A stretch of 28,882 nucleotides of DNA from IMG/VR virus record IMGVR_UViG_3300016265_001368, positions 1-28,882 of that record; one strand, 5' to 3'. The notes under the pieces are model-generated. The model saw only the letters and a program-made list of their open reading frames with translations. It made no database searches and was not told the origin of the DNA. This DNA comes from a virus (lineage: Duplodnaviria; Caudoviricetes). A program made the position numbers and the translations under genes. Positions 14,696-23,900 of the stretch are shown here, piece after piece; position 1 is the stretch's first letter; each line of letters begins with the position of its first letter.

Positions 14696-16996
14696 TTAGA
14701 AAGCACCACCATCTATAGTAATGTTTTCTAAGAATCTTTGTGAATTGGTGCAAGATATAACTTGTGATTGACCAGCACAATCATAAACAGATAAAGCACC
14801 GATTTCTATGTGTGCCATTCCAGAAGCATTTCCTACTGGTGAAAGAACACCACTAGAGTCAGTAACATCTGAAGCAAACACAATTTTTGTTGCACTATCA
14901 TCCCAATAAACTGCTGATTTTTTAGCACCACTTGAATAATAATGTAATAATATACCAACATCGAGATTTGAATCTGAAGAAGGTGGTATTAAGGTTCCAG
15001 AACCATCATCAACAAGTCCAAGGTCAATTAATTGGTCCTTAACCTTTAAATTAACAGTATTAACAGAAGTAATTGCACCCTTAACAGTTAAACTTCCACC
15101 AACCGTTAAATTAGTCGTAACACCAACATCACCAGAAGCACCTGCTATTGTTATTGCTTCTACACCACTTGTAGATTTTAAAGTTGATGCTTGAAGTATA
15201 GATACACTTAAAGTGTTTGTGGATGGTACAAAAGTTGCTCCAGAGCTAACTCTTACAGTCTCACCTTGTTGACCTGCTGATGTGTCAGCAAAAAGCATAT
15301 GATAAGTAGATGAGTCAGAGGTTCCAGTGGTGTCTACTTGTGTTGAACGAGTAGCAGTTGAAATAGTTCCTGTTATTGTGGAATTGAATGATGTATTAGC
15401 ATTAATTGTTAAAGTATCTGCGGGGTCTGTTCCTAAGACAGTATTTCCATTAACATTTAAATTATTTCTAATGGTTGTTATACCAGAAGTAGAACCAATG
15501 TTGATATCAGTTGCAGCACCTGCAAAGTTTACAGTTGTTGCATTAGCATTAACTAAATTAAATGTAGTTGCAGTTGTTGTTAAATCTCCACCATTTATAG
15601 CAATATCTCCTGCAGTGGTGATATTGCTATCTGTCATTCTAATTCCCGAACCAACAGCAAGACGAACACCGTCTGCTACGGTGGTAGTTCCAATCGCAAC
15701 ACCATAGTTAAATGCAAATACATCAGTTGCAAATCCCAGAGTATTTTTCTGGAACCACATCATTTGCTTATAGGTATCTGGAAGAGTATTAATTCCAGAT
15801 ACTGAGAATGAAACTAAAGGTGTTCCTTCAGTAGATGCAATTGCAACACCACCGTGATTTGCTGTAGTGTCAGTTGACACATCAGTTCCTGTTACACTTG
15901 TAGTGTAACCAAGTATAATATCTTTGTTTCTAATATAAACATCTTCACCAAGTAATGTTACGGTCGTTCCACCAATAGTAACATTACCATTAACATGTAA
16001 ATCATTACTAACTAATACATGTTCTGATGCTACAAGACTTATTATTCCGTCATTGCTTTTAATTTCATTGGACTGATTAATGCCAATTTCAATATTATCT
16101 GCATAGACACCAGTTGCAAAACTGCCTATACCAGCAAACTTTGCATCTCTCCATCTTTGAGTTGTAATGCCAATATCATAAGTATTATCGGCATTTGGGG
16201 TTAGATTTGAAATAAACTCACCAGAAACATTAATGTTATCAGTATTTTCATCTCCAAGATTAATTGTCCCACCTTTGAATGTTACGATGCCAACAAATTC
16301 AGATACACCACCAACATATAAATTCTCTTTAACTGTAAGATTTTTGGCAATACCAACACCACCATCAATCTGAACGGCACCGGTATTTTCGTCTCCTAAT
16401 ACATTATTCTCAGTACTTGAGAATGTTGTAATTCCAGAAAAATCAGCATTAGAGTTTACATCTAAAAATCCAGCACTACTAATAGATGTAACTCCAGCTA
16501 CGTTTAAATCATTTCCAAAATAAACAGTGCCACCAACACCTAACCCACCAGTGATTACTACTGCTCCAGTTGAAGAACTTGTAGATTGGGTAGTTGATGT
16601 AAATGCAACATTTCCAGTAAAATCACCACCTGTTATCTCGTTAGTCCATCTTAAATTTCCGTTACCATCAGTTACTAAAATTCTACCATCTATAGGTACG
16701 GATGGGAATGTGTAAGTCGTTACTCCCGTATGTCCATCTGTACAAGCAAGTGAAACATAATTTGTTCCATCTTTGTTGACTAAATTAACTCTTGATGATT
16801 TAGTTCCATCTTCTCTAGTCCAGTATCTTGAAGAACCAAAAAATTTATTTCCTAAGGCAGTTCCATCGGAACCAATGTAAAAATCATATTTATCTGTAGT
16901 AAAACCAGGCTCACCTTGACGGAATGATACAATTCCAGAAGAAATAAGAGAAGCAGAACCTCTCTTAAACTGAATAATCGGTGAAGATACTGACAT
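14696..16996 (-). CDS. Fibre/spike-like virion protein with an Mtd-N-like N-terminal domain
   Basis: N-terminal IQFKRG...GEPGFTTDKYDFYIG; Gly/Thr/Ser-rich beta repeats (TGAVVITGGLGVGG, TGAVQIDGGVGIAK; LHVNGNVTIGG, LTVGGSLTVKG); ends ITIDGGAF; sits in the gp9-wac interval before gp13. Confidence 0.75.
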   Translation of the reverse strand: MSVSSPIIQFKRGSASLISSGIVSFRQGEPGFTTDKYDFYIGSDGTALGNKFFGSSRYWTREDGTKSSRVNLVNKDGTNYVSLACTDGHTGVTTYTFPSVPIDGRILVTDGNGNLRWTNEITGGDFTGNVAFTSTTQSTSSSTGAVVITGGLGVGGTVYFGNDLNVAGVTSISSAGFLDVNSNADFSGITTFSSTENNVLGDENTGAVQIDGGVGIAKNLTVKENLYVGGVSEFVGIVTFKGGTINLGDENTDNINVSGEFISNLTPNADNTYDIGITTQRWRDAKFAGIGSFATGVYADNIEIGINQSNEIKSNDGIISLVASEHVLVSNDLHVNGNVTIGGTTVTLLGEDVYIRNKDIILGYTTSVTGTDVSTDTTANHGGVAIASTEGTPLVSFSVSGINTLPDTYKQMMWFQKNTLGFATDVFAFNYGVAIGTTTVADGVRLAVGSGIRMTDSNITTAGDIAINGGDLTTTATTFNLVNANATTVNFAGAATDINIGSTSGITTIRNNLNVNGNTVLGTDPADTLTINANTSFNSTITGTISTATRSTQVDTTGTSDSSTYHMLFADTSAGQQGETVRVSSGATFVPSTNTLSVSILQASTLKSTSGVEAITIAGASGDVGVTTNLTVGGSLTVKGAITSVNTVNLKVKDQLIDLGLVDDGSGTLIPPSSDSNLDVGILLHYYSSGAKKSAVYWDDSATKIVFASDVTDSSGVLSPVGNASGMAHIEIGALSVYDCAGQSQVISCTNSQRFLENITIDGGAF

Positions 16997-17015
16997 CTTT
17001 TTACCCTTTTATTAG

Positions 17016-17030
17016 TATTTATTATTTAGA
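17016..17030 (-). promoter_or_regulatory. Tandem late promoter variants TCTAAATA and AATAAATA
   Basis: Minus strand reads TCTAAATAATAAATA upstream of the fibre ATG (16996); the first box contains the upstream stop codon. Confidence 0.65.
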
Positions 17031-17361
17031 AGAAACCAGCATCAACATCAATTTTATTATCTAAATCTATATCTAATACATTCATAAAGTCTGATGGTAG
17101 ACCAGGTTGTGGTCCTGTTGATGTTGATGCTGCAGAGAGAACCGCGTCTGGGTCAACAATAGTAAATCTTCCTAATGTATTACTGTAAACCACAACATAA
17201 TTATCTTTATTTGCATCTAAATTATCAATATCAACATCATATAAATCAGTAAAATTAGTAATTCCAATTAAAGATGAAACAACTTTTCTTTTATTTTCGT
17301 CACCAACTCTTACACGAATATTGTGACTAGAAACTTTTACTTTTATTGGTTGGTTTGACAT
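17026..17361 (-). CDS. Small fibre-associated protein (hypothetical)
   Basis: 111 aa with a fibre-type FTDLYDVD...YVVVYS motif; ends IDVDAGFF. Confidence 0.7.
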   Translation of the reverse strand: MSNQPIKVKVSSHNIRVRVGDENKRKVVSSLIGITNFTDLYDVDIDNLDANKDNYVVVYSNTLGRFTIVDPDAVLSAASTSTGPQPGLPSDFMNVLDIDLDNKIDVDAGFF

Positions 17362-17363
17362 GG

Positions 17364-17714
17364 TTATAAAACGCTAGTGGTTACTCCTGCTGTTACCAAA
17401 GCACTGCCCTCAACAACTCTAGTTCTTTCCCCATTTCCATCATCAACTAAAACATCATAACAATATCTTCCTGACTTTAATTGGGAAGTAATGGAGGATG
17501 CTAATGATATTCTTATTTGACCAGTCAATCTAGGTTCAATAAAAGAAATATCAAAAACTGCAGACGTTTTTGATGAATTGGGATGTTTTTTCAAGACAGA
17601 AGATGCAGTATATCCAGATAAATTTAAACTATTTCCAAAAGAATTTGATAAAATAAAAGTTTGATTGAAATCTGCACCAACTGGAATAGTAATGTTACTT
17701 ACATAAACCGACAT
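17364..17714 (-). CDS. Small beta-sandwich virion protein (BppU-N-like fibre adaptor candidate)
   Basis: GADFNQTF, LNLSGYTA, GRYCYDVLV and RVVEGSALVTAGVT pattern, which is common in cyanomyovirus fibre regions. Confidence 0.72.
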   Translation of the reverse strand: MSVYVSNITIPVGADFNQTFILSNSFGNSLNLSGYTASSVLKKHPNSSKTSAVFDISFIEPRLTGQIRISLASSITSQLKSGRYCYDVLVDDGNGERTRVVEGSALVTAGVTTSVL

Positions 17715-17738
17715 TAGACTTAATCACCCATTTTAAAC

Positions 17739-17746
17739 TATTTATG
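17739..17746 (-). promoter_or_regulatory. Late promoter variant CATAAATA overlapping the upstream stop codon
   Basis: NATAAATA box about 24 nt upstream of the ATG at 17714. Confidence 0.6.
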
Positions 17747-17942
17747 TTTTAGAATCAATCAATTGTCTTATTAAATCCTTTAAATCTTCAACTTCTTTTT
17801 TTAAGTCATTCAATTCATTTTTTTCTTTTAATTTTGAATTTTTTATCTTTAAATACTGTTCATACTCATAATCATTACAATTTATAATTGCGTTAGATGA
17901 CTCATCTCGATATAAGTTAGTGTGACCTTCTACTGGTATCAT
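17742..17942 (-). CDS. Conserved small hypothetical protein following the VrlC-like gene
   Basis: IPVEGHTNLYRDESSNAIIN followed by a C-terminal coiled coil; ATGA overlap with the upstream gene. Confidence 0.8.
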   Translation of the reverse strand: MIPVEGHTNLYRDESSNAIINCNDYEYEQYLKIKNSKLKEKNELNDLKKEVEDLKDLIRQLIDSKT

Positions 17943-20900
17943 ATTGTTGCAATTGCCCTAAAGTTTTTAATTGAAGGAATTATTGCCTGGTTAGTTCCAG
18001 TAACTACAACTTTTATTTGATAACCAGTAAACAATGGAAGATCTCTTGCGGTATATTCATATCCCCTATAATCAAAGTTATAATTTGAACTGTTTACAAA
18101 TCTATCAGGATTTCCACTATTATTTCCTTGCTCGGAAATATTTCCATCATTATCTAAATTATCATATCCTGGGAATAATTCATATGTTTGTTGAGAATCT
18201 GGTGAATCATCTCTAAAAATTCTATAAAGAACCTTAATTTCGTTACTTCCATCTGCATAGGCATCAAATAATACTTTTAATGAATCAGCACTTCTTTCCA
18301 ATTTAATTGGTCTTGATAAGTAAACAAATGAATGGGGGTCATCATAAATGCTATTGATCCTTGAATCATTAATAACATCATTAATTGGTTTATCTATTCT
18401 GTTCATTGAAGTTATTATATTAACTCTATCTAAGTCAATAAATGGTGATACTTTTGTGTCCTTTGTAGACAATTCAAGTTCCATTGTAAAAGACCTTTTT
18501 CCTGGATATGGGTCAAGATAAGTATCTTCATTAATCCTAGATAAAATTGCTCTTTGAGTTGGGAAATAATTGTTTGAGTTCAAAGAAACTGATTCAAATC
18601 CTTGGTCTACAAATGAAACCTCATTTCCAGAAACACTAGAACCTGTAAATGTTCTAACTTTTGCTTCTATATTAGTAGTTTCTGGTAAAAGTGTTTGAAT
18701 ATTGGGTCTCAATATTGAATATGAAATATTCTGTGTTGCTTTTGGACCAGTTATGGAGTTTGCAGATGGTGCGTATGAAGAATAGTTTCCACCTGTTTTC
18801 GTTTCTTTAAAGTATAAAGCAGGTATTCCAGAATCATCTGTAGATCTATTTTTTACTAATGATGAGAAATTACTCATGTCAATATCAATATAGTATTCGT
18901 CCAATCCAATCTGATATCCTGAAGAAATATTATGAACCTTGTTTATTCTCAATAAAGATATTCCATCCAATTCATATTTAAATACTGGTGAGCCAGCAAG
19001 ATGATATGCAGTTAGTATAGTAGATATTTCTAAATTGTTAATAACTGGAATTCCTCTTGTTATACCAGTTAAAGTTGAATTTGATTCATTATAACCAGTA
19101 TATTGAATTATTTCACCATTAATGTTAATATAACCTGGATTTGATGCACTTACAACAATTCCCTCAAAGTTTTTAAATTCGTCTATAGAATCTAATTTTA
19201 TTGGATCTGTTGAATTAATTTGATAATCATTCCCTATCCTTGTTGGAGCAACATCAGATTCAATATTAAATAATTTTACTTTGTTGTCAATTGAATACAT
19301 TCCATGATTACTATGACTTACTTTTATTTGACGACCATTTGAAATATTGGTACTTGAAATTACGGTGCCATTAGTAATTTCTGTTACTACACCAGAAGTG
19401 TTTACATAGTTAATCTCATTTGCTGTTCCAGATTCATCAATAGTTCCTTGAACATTATTTACAATGAATCCATTAAATGCGGAAATAATTCCAGCACTAT
19501 TTGGAACAGTCAAAATTGCATTGCTGCCAAAACCACCAATACTAGATGGTTCAAACGTCAAACTATCTCCTGGAGCATACCCAGAACCACCATTGACGAT
19601 TGTTGCTGCTATTGCAACTGGATTGATATTAATGTTTGCAATTGCTCCAGATCCATTTCCTGTTATAGAAATTAAAGGAACGTTATTATATACTGCTGAA
19701 GCACTGTACCCAAATCCAGGGTTAGTTATTTCCAAATTGCTTCCTATTCCTATTGAACCAATAATATTTTCTAAATTTCCAGAGAAAGTATTATTTGTTC
19801 CATTTTGAGTTAATTTAGTTCCTATAGATAAATTTGAATAGTCAGTGGAACTCAAACTATTAGCCAAACCAACTTTTATTTTTTTGGAGAATAATGAAAT
19901 TGCATTTGGTCTTAGTGACACTATTTGCCTATTTCCAATACTTAATATTGGATTGTAAAATCTAACAGAAGCAGATTGCGATGTGAATTCTGCTCTATAT
20001 AATTTAAATTTAAGATCTTCCAACTGTGATGGTTCCCAAGTAGAACCATTTTGAGACTTAAATAGTGAACCAAGGGTTGGTTGTTGAGAAACAATAATTC
20101 TTTCTGATTCTGGTCTATTGGCACTTCTCACATCAACTTCAGTCATTCTAGATATCCAAACATTATATTCATCAGAGTTTGAAATTAAAACTATCGAATA
20201 AGATTGTCCTGTTTCCAAATAAACTGGGGATTCAAATGTAAAAGTAGTTGCAACGGTAGAATCGTCAGAAACTAAAATGTCTTTTGGTTCTAATACAACT
20301 TCGGAGAAAGGAAGAATAGTTTGAGAGGGCAAACCTGTTTCTACAGTTCGAATCTGAAGAGTAATTGGTATACTTCCAGAATCTTTAGACCTAAAGAATA
20401 TATCACATTTTGTTATGAACACACCATTTGGATCAGTTACTTCAAATGTTTGAGCTAAAGGATCTACCCATCTTGTCTGAACTCTTGTTTGAGTAAATCT
20501 AGAACTAGTTACAGTATTAGAAACTAATCTGTCTTCAGTTTCTGTTTCAGTTCTTTCCTCTTGTCTTATATTTCTTTCAACGTCTGCATTTCTAATTCTT
20601 AATGTTAAATTTTCTACATTATCTAATGTTCCATTTGAAGAAAAATTAGTTTCTGCTAAGCTATCTGTAAATCCGGTTACTCTTGAATTTGTTGAACTTG
20701 TTGTAAGAACAAATGTTTTATCACCAGATTCAAAACTTGGGTTTGAAGGTAAAGTTGGATCTGGAATAAACAATGAACCAATTAAAGTTCCAGCAGAATC
20801 GGAAACTAAACGAATATCAGATACTCTTGCAACTGCATTACTAGTAGAACCCACCAATTGCATTCCTGGGACAACACTACCAAAAAATCTTGACTCTGAT

Positions 20901-23900
20901 TGAATTTCCAAACTAGCAGTATCAACATTAAGTATTGTGCTGGTAGATGAATAAGAATTTGATAAAGAATTTTCTGGATTGTAGGGATTTAATGCAAATG
21001 TTTCTGTTGGTTCATCATAAGGACCATATTTATGATTTTGTGATGCCAATCTAAACACAATAGTTCTAGAGTTAGATAATCCATCAGAAGATGGTACTCT
21101 ACCTACAACAATTTCTCCTTGTTGGAATGTTCCACTTACCATTTCAATTTCAAGAAGTTTTGGAACAATAAAGTTAGTAATTGCAAAATTATCAAAAAAT
21201 CCATAAAATTTAGTAGAAGGTTTTAACCTTCTAGCAACAAATTCAATATTTCTAGATCTCATAAAGTTTATCACAGACCTAGAAACTACTCTATCTCCAA
21301 TAGAAACACTATCAAATCTCTCACTTACACCAAATTGAATTCCTTGTCTAGATTGATTTCTTGTTGTTAAAGTTTGATTTCTTCTAATAGTGGTCTCGAC
21401 ATCCTCAAAAATTTGAGTTCTTGTTGCACCTCCCCACCACCACCACCACCAGTTGGCATCAGGAACAGTATTATCTGAAATTAATCTTGTTTCTGTTTGT
21501 CTTGCAACGATTGGTCCTTCAATATTTTCAACACCAGTCCAGTTAGTTTCCCATGAGTTCCAATTTATAGGAGAAATACCAGTATTTGTATCTGCACCCA
21601 AATTTTGCATTACAGCAGTGAAGTTTCCTTCAGAATCCTCAACTCTTTCTGATCTTCTAGTTTCAATCCAAGTGTCGGAGGAGGGATTTAAATCTATAGA
21701 ACCAATCCAACTTGGTGTATTAAAAGGATTTACATTTTCTGTTCTAGTGGCAAATCTATTTTCAGTATAAACAACGTCTTGATAATTTAAACTAATTAAA
21801 TCTCCTGTTCTTTTTATATTCGAATTGCCAAAATCATTAGAAAATCTAACATCTACCGAAGTATTTTCGGACTGACCTATTCCTATTATGGACTCTGTTC
21901 CAACTAATAAATCCAATGAAGTTGAATAATGTTGAGGTTTTAATAAACCTGAAGAAGTATCAACAGAACATCTAAATTGATTATTTGAAATATCACCACC
22001 AAAATAAGATTTAAAGTTATCAACAAAAAAACCACATTTAAATTTATCTAAATTTGTTTGAGGGTCTCTTATAACCAAATTATTAGTGTCTGTTTCCAAC
22101 AAAGAAAGAGATGTATAATATTCAACGTTTGAAATACGGTCCTCAAGTCTAGAGATATCTTTCATAGTATATCTCTTATGGGAAGATGTAGAAACTTTTA
22201 TATCCTTTATATCATAAACATATGCTGGATAAAATAATGTAGCTATTTCAAGAGAAGAATCAAGTGAATTTGGTGCTTTTGGTGAAAATGCAGGTGTTCC
22301 TTTATTTACCGTAAACACGCCGTTTTTTGATAAAAATATTTTATCAATTCTTGGAAGATAATAATTATAAGATAAATTAAGATTTTTATCTTTTGCTAAA
22401 ATATTAATTGATGAATTAGTTTGCGATTCAAAAACTCTAGAAGAAAATTCAAAAGGTGATTTTGTCCCAGAAGATACATTATAAGAAGTAACCCTTGGTC
22501 TTAAGTCTATAATATCAGTATTTCTAACTCCATTTTTAGAAGGAATCTCAGAAGTATATCTATCATCATCATAAGAGTCCACAGATACGAAGTCACCTTG
22601 ACTTGACGAATCAATTACATAATTATTATAAACTATTTTTATTTTTTTAGTTGGTGAATTAAATTCTTTTTTTCTTATTAATCTTGAATAATCATAATAT
22701 TCCTGCCTTTGTCCATTATCTAATATAAAATTATTTTTAATTTCTTTATCACCAACAGTTATTGCACCTATAACTCCAGAAATATTAGATTCTTTAGAAG
22801 TAATTGTTTCACCAAGTGAAAATTTATTTTCGTTAGCATAGACAATCTCTATTTCATTGGAACCATTTGTTGATACAAAATATGCTGCAGCAGAACTGTT
22901 TTCACCAATCAAAAGTTCACCTTTAATGAAATTATTGACATTTGTATTTGTGGACGAGAAAAATACTTTTGGTAACTGTGGATCTTGAATACCAGAAGAT
23001 TCGAATATTCCAAGGACATTAACGACATCAGGAACATTCAAAGATATTTGTTTATCTTGAACTCTTAAACCATATCTAGAATCAAAAGTTAAACCGTCAT
23101 CTAGTGAAATGGAACCAATTCCAGATAAACGTGAACTTGATTTTGAAACAATTAAAGAAGAGCATCTAGAAAAAATTTTCTTTCTTTGATTCAAATTTAC
23201 TTTTCTCAATGATGCAGTCAAAATTGCAGATCCATTTTGACTTATATTTTGAAAATTTATTGATTTATCTAATATTAAAGTGTTTTGATTTGTCAAAGGC
23301 TCTACATTACCTGTAGAGACAAAAGATAAATTGTAATCCTCTTCATCAAATGTTTCAAAAAACAGATTTGGGTCAGTTTCTAATATTTGTCCAACACCAG
23401 AAGATATAGTTACATTATAACTTTTTCTAACTATTACACTTGAATTGGTCAAATCTAAATTAGAAACATTAGTCTTTCCAAGTTGCGAATAAAGATATGA
23501 ATCATTTACATTTCTTGAATTTAAAATAACTTTTTTGAGATCATTCACAAAAGATGTTGAACCAAAAACTGTACCATCACAAACATTAGATACTGTTGGA
23601 GCAGATCTGACAAATATTCTATTGTTTGGAATGTCTAGTTCATCTACAACGTTATATGTTGGGACACTTGAGGAGGTTTTCGTATATGATAGTATATCAC
23701 CAATATTTAAATTTCTAAAAAATGTTTCATTTGAAGAAGTTACTATATTTCTACCAGCACTTGGAGTAAATGTGAATCTTGTACTTGGTTCAGATAGAGG
23801 AACTACAACATCTAAGGAAGTATCTGCAGTAAATGAACCTGTTCCAGATGTACCTACAAATTGATGTACATCAGATAAAGCATAATCTCTAAAAGAAGAA

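Noticed and set aside
14696-16996. Diversity-generating retroelement suggested by the Mtd-N-like domain
   Set aside because: No reverse transcriptase, no C-type-lectin-like C-terminal domain and no adenine-mismatched TR/VR repeat pair were seen in the window.
12351-20124. Nested minus-strand alternative-frame ORFs 12351-12560 and 19942-20124
   Set aside because: They are short, lie wholly inside conserved genes, have Leu-rich off-frame composition, and show no evident independent translation signals.
119-23864. All plus-strand ORFs in the track (for example 119-319, 1469-1753, 5565-5813, 6747-7070, 15327-15707, 19464-19808, 21453-21770, 23535-23864)
   Set aside because: They are antisense shadows of well-supported minus-strand genes, with no recognisable motifs. 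The poly-Ser ORF is simply the reverse complement of gp22's Asp/Glu codons.
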